DNA of 64,000 nucleotides from an uncultured Gemmatimonadales bacterium (GTDB lineage Bacteria; Gemmatimonadota; Gemmatimonadetes; Longimicrobiales; RSA9). Both the position numbers and the translations under genes were made by a program. The stretch covers positions 1 through 64,000 of the forward strand of contig CAVUKA010000004.1 in NCBI GenBank assembly GCA_963741945.1, written 5' to 3'. Every line of letters begins with the position of its first letter. Position 1 is the stretch's first letter. Positions 1-9,918 of this stretch are shown here, piece after piece. The notes below the pieces were generated by a model. The model saw only the letters and a program-made list of their open reading frames with translations. It was not told the origin of the DNA and did not search any database.

Positions 1-794
1 GCAATGTCGCACCCGTAGATCCGGCTCCCCATGGCCGGGCGCAGCGCTTCGGGGATCGGCCCGCGGTTCTCGATGGTCAGATGGGAGATGCAGCGGGTGG
101 CGTCCATGACCGGCGCACCGTCGTCGTTCCGCCCGAGCAGCGCGCCGGTGGGACAGGCGTCCAGGCAGGCCGTGCAGCTCCCGCAGCGGTCGGCGTCGAA
201 CGGGTCGTCGTACTCCAGCTCGAACGGAAGGAGGAGCGATCCGAGGAAGAACCATGACCCGCGCTTCGGGTCGATGAGCATGGTATTGCGGCCCTGCCAG
301 CCCAGCCCGGCGCGCCGCGCCAGCTCCCGCTCCAGCACCGGCCCCGTGTCCACGTACGCCCGGGCCACCGGGAGCGGGCGCCCCGTCTCCTCCTCCAGCC
401 ACCGCACCAGCCACAGCAGCTTCTTCTTCATGACCCGGTGGTAGTCGCGCCCGCGGGCGTAGCGCGCGATGATGCCGCGGTCGGGCGGGGTGCCCTCGTC
501 GCCGCGCGCGCCAGCATCGCCCGGGTCGCCCGGGAAGTAGTGGTGCGCCACGACGAGCGCCGAGCGCATCTCCGGCCAGCGGGTGCCGGGGTCCACGCGC
601 GCGGCCACGGCGTCTTCGCGGGCGAGGTAGTCCATCGTCCCGTGATAGCCGCGCTCCAGCCACCAGCGGTAGAAGGCGCCATGGTCACTGGCGACGATCC
701 GCGCCGCGCCCACGGCCTCGAACCCGGCCTGCCTCGCCGCGGCCTTCAGCGCGCGCGTGACTCCCGCGGTGGGCGGCTGGTCTGGGTGCTTCAT
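1..794 (-). CDS. queG: tRNA epoxyqueuosine(34) reductase QueG (3' end runs off the window)
   Basis: Absent from the ORF track; translated by hand from ATG at 794: MKHPDQ...GYHGTMDYLAR...IIARYARGRDYH...YVDTGPVLERELARRAGLGWQGRNTMLI...CGSCTACLDACPTGA...DATRCISHLTIE...IYGCDI. These are the QueG cobalamin and 4Fe-4S motifs. Confidence 0.95.
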   Translation of the reverse strand, partial: MKHPDQPPTAGVTRALKAAARQAGFEAVGAARIVASDHGAFYRWWLERGYHGTMDYLAREDAVAARVDPGTRWPEMRSALVVAHHYFPGDPGDAGARGDEGTPPDRGIIARYARGRDYHRVMKKKLLWLVRWLEEETGRPLPVARAYVDTGPVLERELARRAGLGWQGRNTMLIDPKRGSWFFLGSLLLPFELEYDDPFDADRCGSCTACLDACPTGALLGRNDDGAPVMDATRCISHLTIENRGPIPEALRPAMGSRIYGCDI

Positions 795-1043
795 GGAGCA
801 GTCCTACCCTCCCGGCCCGACGCCGGTCCGACGCCGGTCCCTTCCGCGGGCACGCCCGGTCGGCTGCGGTCGATTACCTCCGGCGCGCCCGGTCGGCCAC
901 GGCCGACTCGCCATCTTGGGCCGCCCGTGAGGCGATTTGGCGGATCTCCCGCGCTCCGGAGCGCGCATCCCGGCACTGGGGCCCGAACCCGCCCGGGCCC
1001 TGGAAGCCGCCCGAGCGTGCGCGGGAGTCGACGCCTTTCGCGG

Positions 1044-1502
1044 CTACGGCAGCACCATCAGCAGGAACACGAACGAGAACAGACCCACGGTCTCCACGAT
1101 GCCCATGGCGATGATCATGAAGGCGAGGCCCTGGCCGCCGCCTTCGGAGAGTGCCCGGCACGCGGCGGCGCCGATCTTCCCCTGGAACCAGGCGCTGAAC
1201 AGCTCGGCGAGGCCGCCGGCGAGGCCGATGCCGAGGAGTGCGCCGGCATTGGCGGCCACCATCTCGGGCACGAAGACGCGGTCGCGCAGGCCGATGAGCA
1301 TGAGGATGGCGCCATAGATGGTCTGCGAGAGCGGCAGGCCGACCAGGATGACGTACGTGAAGCTGAGCGGGCGGCCGGCCCGCGCTTCCTTGGCCCACGC
1401 GCCGGCGGCGGCCTGGCCGGCGGTGCCGATGCCGATGGCGCTGCCGATGGCGCTGAGGGCGAGCACGAGTCCCAGCGAGAGCTGACCCCAGAAAGCAGTC
1501 AT
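1044..1502 (-). CDS. ntpK: V/A-type ATPase subunit K (c), four-TM proteolipid
   Basis: C-terminal 152 aa of ORF 1044..2219, starting at ATG 1502 which overlaps the subunit I stop. Four hydrophobic helices; motifs SAIGSAIGIG, LPLSQTIYG, FSAWFQGK, MGIVETVGLF. Confidence 0.92.
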   Translation of the reverse strand: MTAFWGQLSLGLVLALSAIGSAIGIGTAGQAAAGAWAKEARAGRPLSFTYVILVGLPLSQTIYGAILMLIGLRDRVFVPEMVAANAGALLGIGLAGGLAELFSAWFQGKIGAAACRALSEGGGQGLAFMIIAMGIVETVGLFSFVFLLMVLP

Positions 1503-3334
1503 GGGCGTTCCTTGACGAGTCGTTCGGAGAAGGGCCGGTAATGGTACCCGGTCCAGTGGATGCCCGCGTTGCTGGAGAACTCCAGCACGTTGAGGCGCAC
1601 GCCGTGCGCGAAGATGGCGATGAGGATGAGGGCGATGTTGAGCCCGTGCCCCACCACCAGGACCAGCCCGCCCGCGACCCAGGAAGCGGAATGGGCGAGC
1701 ATGACGGCCAGCACGTTGAACGTTGAGCCCAGGTAGTAGCTGGCGAGCCCGACGGCCATGAGTCGGATGTAGCTGAGGGTGTCGCTGAACGTGCCGAGGA
1801 ACGGGAGCAGGCTGCCTGCCACGCCGAGTCCGATGCGGGCGGCGAACGGCTTCTCCGGGCGCGTGAACCCGATCACGAGCACCATCCCGAGCACCAGCCC
1901 GACCAGGGCGGCGCGCAGCACCAGCGGCGGCAGCCCTTCCCTGCCGAAGAAGAGCAGCCAGATCACACCGAGCATGGACACGAGGACGATGGACCAGCCG
2001 GCTTCCGCGACCGCAGTGGGGCCGGGTGCCAGCTCGATGAGCCGGCGGACGTGGGCCGCCACCAGGTGGGCAGCGCCGATGAAGAAGCAGATCTTGATGA
2101 GCAGCATGCGCGTTTCCGCCTCGCTCCCCCGGATCACCTGGAGCGCGTCCAGGCCGCGGCCGAGCAGGGCTGTGGCGCCGCCCGCATCGATCATTCCGGC
2201 GGGTGTGAATCCCAGCCACACGCCGGTCATTGCGCCCCAGGCGAGCCCGGCGACGCCGAACAGCCCCACCATGATCCGCATGTCCTGTCCGAGGGTCTCG
2301 CGCAGCTTCTTTCCGCCCAGGAGCGCGGTCAGGAGGAAGATGAGGCCGTAGGCCGCGTCACCGATGATCATCCCGGCGAAGACCGGAAGCGCCACCATGA
2401 AGACGGCGCTGGCATCCATCTCGTCGTAGCCGGGCACCATGCTGAGGATGCGGAAGAGTCCATCCACCGGCCTGGCCCATCGGCGGTAGCGGACCAGTGT
2501 GGGCGGCCGCTCGTCGGGGCCTGGCTGCTCCACGCGGAGCGCCACGGGAGGGTCGCCGCTGGCGAGCGCTTCGGTGAACACGTCCACCTCTTCCTCCGGC
2601 AGCCACCCCTGCACCGCGAACAACCGGTCCCCGTCGAGCCCGCTGCGCGTAACCTGCTCCCAGCTCTGCTCGCGCTCCAGCCTCTCCCGCTCGAGCTCGA
2701 GGTCGGGGATCAGCCATGCCAGCGCGGTCAGGCGCTCGCGATTGGCTTGCAGCCTGGCCTCCAGCCGCCCCGCCTCCTGGCGGATCGTCTCCCGGTCACG
2801 GGCGGGCGGCGGCACTTCCTCCGCGCGCTCCGGCACGGACGCCGGGTCGACGTCCACCACGGCCACCACCTGCCTCCGGTTGGGGGCGTGCTGGAGCCTC
2901 TGGACGAAGCGCCCGCGCAGATCGGCGACCGAGCGCTCGGGAACGATGAAGACCCGGAAGTCCAGGCCGGACTCCCTCATTTCCCGCAGCTGCCGGACCC
3001 GCACCTTCCCCCACAGCCGGTGCTGCTCGGCCTCACGGTAGAGCGCGTCGAGCTGGACGCGGGCCTGGTCGCCTTCCTGACCGATCGCCATCACTTCCGC
3101 CGCCGTCTGCTTCGCCGTGCTCTGCGGGTTCGGCCCGTGAGGTTCGAAGGCCCGCAGCACCTGGAGCGCCGCATCGACCCGGCGGAGCGCCTCCAGCCGC
3201 TCCTCTCCCACGATCGACTCCTGCGGCCGCGCGGGCACCACGTGCAGCAGCCCCAGCTTCCGGAGGCGGCGGAGCATGGCATCCCGGTCCTCGCGCCGGC
3301 AGACGGCGAACGCTTTGACCATGGGAACGATCAC
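1499..3334 (-). CDS. ntpI: V/A-type ATPase subunit I (a)
   Basis: 611 aa with a soluble coiled-coil N-half, VQGWLP, PPTL, MIIGDAAYG, SDTLSYIRLMA (essential Arg) and HGVRLNVLEF. Confidence 0.95.
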   Translation of the reverse strand: MIVPMVKAFAVCRREDRDAMLRRLRKLGLLHVVPARPQESIVGEERLEALRRVDAALQVLRAFEPHGPNPQSTAKQTAAEVMAIGQEGDQARVQLDALYREAEQHRLWGKVRVRQLREMRESGLDFRVFIVPERSVADLRGRFVQRLQHAPNRRQVVAVVDVDPASVPERAEEVPPPARDRETIRQEAGRLEARLQANRERLTALAWLIPDLELERERLEREQSWEQVTRSGLDGDRLFAVQGWLPEEEVDVFTEALASGDPPVALRVEQPGPDERPPTLVRYRRWARPVDGLFRILSMVPGYDEMDASAVFMVALPVFAGMIIGDAAYGLIFLLTALLGGKKLRETLGQDMRIMVGLFGVAGLAWGAMTGVWLGFTPAGMIDAGGATALLGRGLDALQVIRGSEAETRMLLIKICFFIGAAHLVAAHVRRLIELAPGPTAVAEAGWSIVLVSMLGVIWLLFFGREGLPPLVLRAALVGLVLGMVLVIGFTRPEKPFAARIGLGVAGSLLPFLGTFSDTLSYIRLMAVGLASYYLGSTFNVLAVMLAHSASWVAGGLVLVVGHGLNIALILIAIFAHGVRLNVLEFSSNAGIHWTGYHYRPFSERLVKERP

Positions 3335-3957
3335 GCGACACCTCCGTCCGACCGCTCGGCCGCCGCAGAGAGCGCGGCCTTGGCGATCTTCGAGCGCCCC
3401 ACCGCCGCCGCCATCTGGTCGCCCAGGTGGATCCGGATCCGCTGGATGATCTGCTGCGTCTCCGGGATCTTCACTTTCTCGAACAGGTTCACCCGCTGCA
3501 CCACGCGCGTCAGCTCTTTCCGCAGCAGGTCACGGCGCTGCTCGAGGAGCTCCACTTCCGCGCGCCGTCGGTTGAGCGCCCGGAGATCGTCCAGCGCCGG
3601 CTCCACCCACGGCGGCGTGGCGAAGAGGCTGTACTCCACGGGGTTGAACACCACCTCGTCCAGCTCCGGCACCTGCACGCCCGCCACGTTCACCGTGCGC
3701 GCGCGCACTTCCGCAGGCTCCGCCATGCGCCGGACGTCCAGCCCGGCGACGTCGCCCAGCACGGCGGCGTACCGATCCAGCTTCGTGGCCGCTTCCGCCA
3801 GCTTCACCCCGCCGTCGCGGAGCGCCGACTCCGTCTTCTGGAGCGTCACCTGGAGCTGCTGCTGCCGGAGCTTGAGCGCCGGCAGGAAACGCTCGTAGCG
3901 CACCAGCCGCTCCCGGTTGCGCTTGAGCTCGAGGCGGGTGAGGGAGACGCTGGGCAT
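3331..3957 (-). CDS. ntpD: V/A-type ATPase subunit D
   Basis: LTRLELK...FLPALKLRQQQL, NVAGVQVP, QRVNLFEKVKIP; position between B and I. Confidence 0.95.
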   Translation of the reverse strand: MPSVSLTRLELKRNRERLVRYERFLPALKLRQQQLQVTLQKTESALRDGGVKLAEAATKLDRYAAVLGDVAGLDVRRMAEPAEVRARTVNVAGVQVPELDEVVFNPVEYSLFATPPWVEPALDDLRALNRRRAEVELLEQRRDLLRKELTRVVQRVNLFEKVKIPETQQIIQRIRIHLGDQMAAAVGRSKIAKAALSAAAERSDGGVA

Positions 3958-3960
3958 GTC

Positions 3961-5277
3961 TCAGGCGGCGTCCGCCTCGGCCAGCGGCCGGGGCCAGTGG
4001 GTTTCCAGGATGCTGCGCCGGATCCCGGTCTCCATCGGGTCGAAGCATTCGGCGAGGATCTCCCAGCAGCGATCCAGCGCCGCTTCCAGCGGGATGTCCA
4101 CGGCCAGGTCCATGACGCGCGCCTCGAACAGCTCGCCGTAGCGGAGCAGCTTCTCGTCCCATGGCGCCAGCTCGAACCCCATCTCCCGTTTCTCCCGGCT
4201 CTCGCGCGTCCCCGCATACAGCTGGATGCACGCGTCCATGATCGCCCGATGGTCGTCGCGCGTGTTCCCGTTCACCAGCTGCTTCAGGCGGGACAGCGAG
4301 CCGAACGGGTCGATGCGTCCGTTGCGGAGATAGAACTGACCCTCCGTGATGTAGCCCGTGTTGTCCGGGACCGGGTGAGTGATGTCGTCGCCGGGCATGG
4401 TCGTGCACGCCAGGACCGTGAGCGACCCCGCGCCCTCGAAGTCCACCGCCTTCTCGTAGCGCCGCGCGAGCTGCGTGTAGAGGTCGCCCGGATAGCCGCG
4501 GTTGGACGGGATCCGCTCCATGGTGATGGCGATCTCCTTCAGCGCGTCGGAGAACGCGGTCATGTCGGTGAGCAGCACCAGGACCCGCTTCCCCTTCAGC
4601 GCGTACTGCTCGCCCACCGCCAGGCAGAGGTCGGGCACCATCATGCATTCGACCACGGGGTCGGAAGCGGTGTGGACGAACATCACCGTACGGGCAGACA
4701 CGCCACCCTCCTCGAACGCGTTGCGGAACGTCAGGTAGTCGTCGTGGCGCAGCCCCATGCCCCCGAAGACCACCACGTCCGCGTTGGCCTGCAGCCCCAC
4801 GCGCGCCAGGAGCTCGTTGTACGGCTCGCCGGGCACCGAGAAGATCGGCAGCTTCTGGGACTCCACCAGCGTGTTGAACACGTCGATCATGGGGATCCCC
4901 GTCCGGATCATTCGCCAGGGCAGCCGACGCAGGATCGGGTTCACCACGGGGGACCCCAGCTCCACTTCCTCCCCCTCCGGCGCCGGGCGCCCGTCGCGGG
5001 GGCGACCGGCCCCGTCGAAGACGCGGCCGAGAATGTCGTCGGAGAACGGGACACGCATGGGCTTGCCGAGGAACCGGGCGCGGTCTGCCGTGGACACGCC
5101 CTGCGTGCCCGCGAAGACCTGCAGGCTGACCAGGTCGCCATCGAGCCTGATCACCTGGGCGAGAGAGCTGCCCCGCGCCCCCGTGATCAGGGCCAGCTCG
5201 TCATAGGCCACGTTCGGGGCGCGGACCGTGACCACGCTCCCGGCGATGCTCGTGATGCCGTCGTAGTACTTCCTCAT
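3961..5277 (-). CDS. ntpB: V/A-type ATPase subunit B
   Basis: [57 protein letters not shown]. Confidence 0.97.
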   Translation of the reverse strand: MRKYYDGITSIAGSVVTVRAPNVAYDELALITGARGSSLAQVIRLDGDLVSLQVFAGTQGVSTADRARFLGKPMRVPFSDDILGRVFDGAGRPRDGRPAPEGEEVELGSPVVNPILRRLPWRMIRTGIPMIDVFNTLVESQKLPIFSVPGEPYNELLARVGLQANADVVVFGGMGLRHDDYLTFRNAFEEGGVSARTVMFVHTASDPVVECMMVPDLCLAVGEQYALKGKRVLVLLTDMTAFSDALKEIAITMERIPSNRGYPGDLYTQLARRYEKAVDFEGAGSLTVLACTTMPGDDITHPVPDNTGYITEGQFYLRNGRIDPFGSLSRLKQLVNGNTRDDHRAIMDACIQLYAGTRESREKREMGFELAPWDEKLLRYGELFEARVMDLAVDIPLEAALDRCWEILAECFDPMETGIRRSILETHWPRPLAEADAA

Positions 5278-7022
5278 TTGACCTCGAGGCGCTCGGCGCG
5301 CGATCGGCCCACGCGCTGGATGTAGCGGTCGATCCGGGCCAGGATCCGGTCGTACTCGTCACTTTCGGCCGCGGCGTAGTTCCAGTTCCGGAAGAGGTCA
5401 CCGGCCCGGAGCATGGCCTTCCTCGCTTCCGCTTTCGTCTCGAACTCGAGATCGCGCTCCAGCAGTGTGAGCAGCTTGTCGAACACGAACCGCTGCCGGT
5501 CCGCGGGCGTGGCCGAGTCCACCGCGTCGAACGCGTTCTGCTGCAGGTAGCACGTGTCCAGAAGCTCTGCCTTGAGCATGGCCGTGAAGTCCTGGACCGA
5601 TACCCCTTCCTCCCCAACCACCGTCATCATCTGCCGGATCTCGTCGCCCCGCCGCAGCAGCGCTCGGGCCGTGGCCACCTTCTCCGGGGCCACCACTCCC
5701 TGGTACTTGCTCCAGGACTCCAGCGGATCGATGGCCGGGTAACGGCGCGCGCTCGCCCGGGCGCTCGACAGACCGTGGAACGCGCCCACCACCTTCAGTG
5801 TGGCCTGCGTCACCGGCTCCTCGAAGTTCCCGCCCGCCGGGCTCACGGTCCCGCCCACGGTGAGCGTGCCCGTCCGTCCGTTGTTCAGCTCCAGCGCCCC
5901 CGCGCGCTCGTAGAACGCCGCGATCCGGCTCTCCAGGTACGCCGGGAACGCTTCTTCTCCCGGGATCTCCTCGAGCCGGCCGCTCAGCTCGCGCATCGCC
6001 TGGGCCCAGCGCGACGTGGAATCGGCCAGCAACAGGACGTGGGCGCCCATCTGCCGGTAGTACTCGCCCAGCGTCACGGCCGTGTAGACCGACGCCTCCC
6101 GCGCCGCCACCGGCATCGCCGACGTGTTGCAGATGATGATGGTCCGCTCCATGAGCGTGCGGCCGGTGCGCGGGTCCTGCAGTGATGGGAACTCGCGGAT
6201 CGTCTCCACCACCTCACCCGCCCGCTCGCCGCACGCCGCGACGATCACCACGTCCACTTCCGCATGCCGCGACGTGATCTGCTGCAGCACGGTCTTGCCG
6301 GCCCCGAACGGCCCGGGGATGCAGTACGTCCCGCCGCGCACCACCGGGAACAGGGTGTCGATGATGCGCACGCCCGTGACCAGCGGCTCGGCCGGCATGA
6401 GGCGCCGGCGGGCGACGGAGAGCGGCACCTTCACCGGCCAGTGCTGCTGCATCGTCACTTCGTGCTCATTGCCCTGGGCATCGCGAAGCAGCGCGACCGC
6501 CTCCGCCACGGTGTAGTGCCCGGGCGCGGCCACGGACGTCACCGTGAAGCGGCCGCGCCACGGGAACGGGACCATGATCGGATGCTCGATGATGCTCTCG
6601 GGCACGGTGCCCAGCATGTCTCCGGCCCGCACCGCCTGCCCCGCCTTCACCCGGGGCGTGAAGCGCCAGCGCCGCTCCTGCGGGAGCCCCGGCAGCGCCT
6701 CGCCAGCCTGGAGAAAGAACCCCGTCTCGCGCGCCAGCTCCGGAAGCGGGTTCTGCAGCCCGTCGTAGATCTGCCCCAGCAGTCCGGGTCCCAGCGTCAC
6801 CGACAGCATCTGGTCGCCAAGCTCCACCGGGTCGCCCACGCGCAACCCCCGCGTCTCCTCGAACACCTGCAGCTCCGCGCGGCGCCCCCGCACCCGGATC
6901 ACCTCGCTCATGAGCCGGGCGCCATCGCCACGGATGCAGCGGGCCACGGAGTTCTGGACGATGGCGCCGTCGCTCTCCACGGCCACCATGTTGCCGTACA
7001 CGGCGGTGATCCGACCCTTCAT
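5274..7022 (-). CDS. ntpA: V/A-type ATPase subunit A (catalytic)
   Basis: Start trimmed to ATG 7022 ([11 protein letters not shown]). Walker [48 protein letters not shown]. Confidence 0.97.
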   Translation of the reverse strand: MKGRITAVYGNMVAVESDGAIVQNSVARCIRGDGARLMSEVIRVRGRRAELQVFEETRGLRVGDPVELGDQMLSVTLGPGLLGQIYDGLQNPLPELARETGFFLQAGEALPGLPQERRWRFTPRVKAGQAVRAGDMLGTVPESIIEHPIMVPFPWRGRFTVTSVAAPGHYTVAEAVALLRDAQGNEHEVTMQQHWPVKVPLSVARRRLMPAEPLVTGVRIIDTLFPVVRGGTYCIPGPFGAGKTVLQQITSRHAEVDVVIVAACGERAGEVVETIREFPSLQDPRTGRTLMERTIIICNTSAMPVAAREASVYTAVTLGEYYRQMGAHVLLLADSTSRWAQAMRELSGRLEEIPGEEAFPAYLESRIAAFYERAGALELNNGRTGTLTVGGTVSPAGGNFEEPVTQATLKVVGAFHGLSSARASARRYPAIDPLESWSKYQGVVAPEKVATARALLRRGDEIRQMMTVVGEEGVSVQDFTAMLKAELLDTCYLQQNAFDAVDSATPADRQRFVFDKLLTLLERDLEFETKAEARKAMLRAGDLFRNWNYAAAESDEYDRILARIDRYIQRVGRSRAERLEVK

Positions 7023-7738
7023 ACACCCGCCTCCCCCGCCTCGACGCCCGCGGGCCGGACCTCCGGCTCGACGCTGCGATGCCAGCGGTGCAGCAGGACG
7101 AGCTTCGCGGCATACGCGGCGAACTCGTCGTCCTCGAAAGTGAACCAGGGCTCGCGATGGTCGATCCAGCGCCAGCTCGCCATCAGGAGCGCCTGAAGTC
7201 CGGTCAGCGGGTCCGTGGCAGCGGACCACGACGCTTCCGCCGCCTCCGCCTCTCCTTCGAACTGCTGGAGGTCCAGCGCCACCGCGTACCGGCCGGGGTC
7301 CATCCCCAGCGCCCTCGCCCGGGCGATCGCCAGCGCGTTCCGAAGGCCTACCTCCCACCCCACCCACTCCCGCAGGAACCCGCTCCGCTCCGCGTCCGCC
7401 AGCGCGACCGCGTGACGATAATAGGCCGACCAGAGCGCGTCCTGCGGGAACGCGGGCGCCTCCGGGGTCTCCGACGACGGCTCCAGCTCGGCGGGAACCG
7501 GCGCATCACCGCGTAGCTGCTCCTGGCTCAGGACCACCGGGCTCGCGCTCTCGATCTCCCCCGATCGCAGCGCTTCGCGCAGCAGGAGGTCGTGAGAAAG
7601 CAGGATCATGCGGGCGAGGCGGCCGGGCCGGCCGGCCGGCACGTCACGGTAGAAGTCTTCCAGTGAAAGCGGCGGATCCGCGGGTGGCGGATCCAGCACC
7701 GGAAGCGCGGTGAGGCGGAAGTACTGCGGCGTCCCCAT
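7019..7738 (-). CDS. DUF2764-like protein, putative V-ATPase subunit C equivalent
   Basis: Start at ATG 7738 (MGTPQYFRLTALPVL). FLREWVGWEVGLRNALA...R and FAAYAAKLVLLHRW; position between E and A as in Chlamydia/Bacteroidota-type operons. Confidence 0.8.
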   Translation of the reverse strand: MGTPQYFRLTALPVLDPPPADPPLSLEDFYRDVPAGRPGRLARMILLSHDLLLREALRSGEIESASPVVLSQEQLRGDAPVPAELEPSSETPEAPAFPQDALWSAYYRHAVALADAERSGFLREWVGWEVGLRNALAIARARALGMDPGRYAVALDLQQFEGEAEAAEASWSAATDPLTGLQALLMASWRWIDHREPWFTFEDDEFAAYAAKLVLLHRWHRSVEPEVRPAGVEAGEAGV

Positions 7739-7758
7739 GGACCGTGCGATGCCGGGAC

Positions 7759-8496
7759 TCAGCCGCCGAGGCCGGCCGGCTCGCCGCGCTCCGCTGCAAC
7801 CGCAACGGCGTCCGCGGTCATCCGGCCCCGGTCGAGGATCTCGCGGAGACGCGGCCGCACCAGCTCCATCAGCTTCTCGACCGTGGACTCCACGCTCACT
7901 TCCACGGTGCCGCCGCGGACCCGGTACGCGAAGCCGGCATCTCGTAGCGCGCCCGCGATCCGGAGCCCGCTCTCCCCGCTCAGCCCGGCGCCCACTTCCT
8001 TCAGCCACCACGCTTCGAGCTGCTCCGCCAGATCCCGCGGAACCCGCACGTCCGTCGGGCCGCCTTCCGCGTCCGACCGGGCGTACGCCCCGGCCATCTC
8101 GCGCAGCAGCGACCCCAGGAACTCCGGATCCCGCAAGCGCGCGTGCACCGCGCGAGACAGCAGGGTCTCCAGCACCCGGTCCAGCTCCGCGCGCAGCTCG
8201 ATCACCGCATCCCGGGCCGCGAGTGACAGCTCCGCTTCCCCACGCTCCCGCTCCCGCGTGGCGGCCTCACGGGCCTCGGCCAGCAGCGCCTCCGCTTCCG
8301 CCTTCGCGCGGCGGATGATCTCCGCCGCTTCCTCGCGCGCCTCCCGCGCGAGTCGCTCGGCCTCCCGACGGCCCACTTCCACGCCTTCACTGTGGAGATG
8401 GGCGACGAACGTCTCCAGCGTGAGGCCCGCCCCGTCCGTCCCGGGCACCGCCTCGGAACCCGCCGCATCGTCCGTCGGCCTGTCGGATCGCGTCAT
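7759..8496 (-). CDS. ntpE: V/A-type ATPase subunit E
   Basis: LHSEGVEVGRREAERLAREAREEAAEII coiled coil, LSLAARDAVIEL, LMELVRPRLREIL; first gene of the operon. Confidence 0.85.
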   Translation of the reverse strand: MTRSDRPTDDAAGSEAVPGTDGAGLTLETFVAHLHSEGVEVGRREAERLAREAREEAAEIIRRAKAEAEALLAEAREAATRERERGEAELSLAARDAVIELRAELDRVLETLLSRAVHARLRDPEFLGSLLREMAGAYARSDAEGGPTDVRVPRDLAEQLEAWWLKEVGAGLSGESGLRIAGALRDAGFAYRVRGGTVEVSVESTVEKLMELVRPRLREILDRGRMTADAVAVAAERGEPAGLGG

Positions 8497-8682
8497 CGCA
8501 TCGCCTCGCGAGCGAACCGCCGGTGGCACGCTCGCGGTCCTCTGTTGGGGGTTCGGGGGACCGGGGCTTCCTCCTCGAATCTCTCAGCGGCCGCGCACAC
8601 CTGCAATAGGAGTATCCCCCACACTCGCGGCCGATCTCCCCACAGCCGCGAGGGAGAAAGCACGGAACAGCGACACCGTCCT

Positions 8683-8710
8683 TTCATTGTGATGAACGGC
8701 ACGGTAGCTT
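8683..8710. promoter_or_regulatory. Palindrome TTCAT-N4-ATGAA and adjacent TAGCTT -10-like hexamer in the divergent ntpE/USP intergenic region
   Basis: Perfect 5-4-5 inverted repeat at 8683-8696 in an AT-richer patch; TAGCTT at 8705-8710. Confidence 0.35.
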
Positions 8711-8817
8711 CGATAGGAAGGCGAGCCCCATAGATTTCGGCCATCCGCCAGTGGGCCCATCGACGCCGCGACTCCCGGGGGGTCGGCGCTGCGGGCCCCG
8801 AGCGAGGCGAGGAAGCC

Positions 8818-9723
8818 ATGTACTCGAATGTCGTCGTCCCGCTGGACGGCTCGGAGTTCGCCGAGCGCGCGCTGCCCTGGGCTCGAACCATCATCCGCCG
8901 ATCCGGCGGCTCCCTGCGCCTGGTGCACGTCCACGTCCCGTTGCGCATTCCAACGTGTTCCGAGGTCATCGGCCCCCGGGTGGGAGAGCGGCTCCGGCAG
9001 ATGGCGGCGGACGCGGAGCGCCAGGAGCACGAATACCTGCAAGTGGCCGGGAGCGGGCTGGACACGGATTCCGGTGTGGTCTCCACGGCGGTGTTGCGGG
9101 GTCCGATCGCTTCGTCGGTGACGGATCACGCGGCCACGGAAGGCGCGACCCTGATCGTCATCGCGACCCACGGCCGGCCGCCACTCGACCGGGTGCGCCT
9201 CGGAAGTATCACGGACGACATCGTCCGACGCTGCCAGATCCCGGTCCTCATCATCCGCGGCGAGGACCACGCGCTAGCGGGTCGCGATCTGGATCCACGG
9301 ATCCAGCGAGTGGTGGTCCCGCTCGACGGGGCCCCTCGCTCGGAGCGCGCGCTCGACCACGCCGCTGAGCTCGCGCAGCTTTTCGGCGCGGAGGTCCTGC
9401 TCGTCCGCGTGGTGCGACCGGGGCGGCGCAGCGACGTCGGGCAGCGGAGTGCCGCGGACGACTACCTGCGCTGCGTGGCCGACCGGCTGCGTGAGCGGGG
9501 GATCCCGGCCGAATGCCGGTCAACGGAGCATGCGGACGTGGCGGAGGGGATTGCGCACGCCGCCGCGCAAGCCGGCCCGGGCATCGTCATCATGGCCTCG
9601 CGCTACCGTAGCGGCCTCTCCCGTCTCGTGCTCGGCAATGTGGCCGAGGAGCTGGTCCGGATGTCGCCCGTGCCGGTGCTCGTAATCGGTTCCCGCACAC
9701 CGCTCGGCCCCGGCGCCGTCTGA
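8818..9723 (+). CDS. Universal stress protein with two tandem USP domains
   Basis: VVVPLDGSEFAERAL ... IATHGR ... LGSITDDIVR, then VVVPLDGAPRSERAL ... LGNVAEELVRMSPVPVLVI; purine-rich SD-like GAGGAAG before ATG. Confidence 0.95.
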   Translation: MYSNVVVPLDGSEFAERALPWARTIIRRSGGSLRLVHVHVPLRIPTCSEVIGPRVGERLRQMAADAERQEHEYLQVAGSGLDTDSGVVSTAVLRGPIASSVTDHAATEGATLIVIATHGRPPLDRVRLGSITDDIVRRCQIPVLIIRGEDHALAGRDLDPRIQRVVVPLDGAPRSERALDHAAELAQLFGAEVLLVRVVRPGRRSDVGQRSAADDYLRCVADRLRERGIPAECRSTEHADVAEGIAHAAAQAGPGIVIMASRYRSGLSRLVLGNVAEELVRMSPVPVLVIGSRTPLGPGAV

Positions 9724-9918
9724 CGTCCGCGCCCGCGTCCGTGCGGCCAGGTCGACGCTTCCCTTGCCGGACGCCGAAAGTTCGCATCCCGTGGGGCAAA
9801 ACCCCACGTTCCTGACGTGATGGACCCGACTTGACTTTCCCACTCCCCGGTGGACCTTTTCGGGGTGCGCGTCCGGGACGCGCGGCCGGGTGGTTACTGT
9901 GAGCCGAACGGGGGTCGA

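Noticed and set aside
8601-8621. Sigma-54 promoter for the V-ATPase operon (minus strand GGATACTCCTATTGCA)
   Set aside because: GG-to-GC spacing is 11 rather than the required 10.
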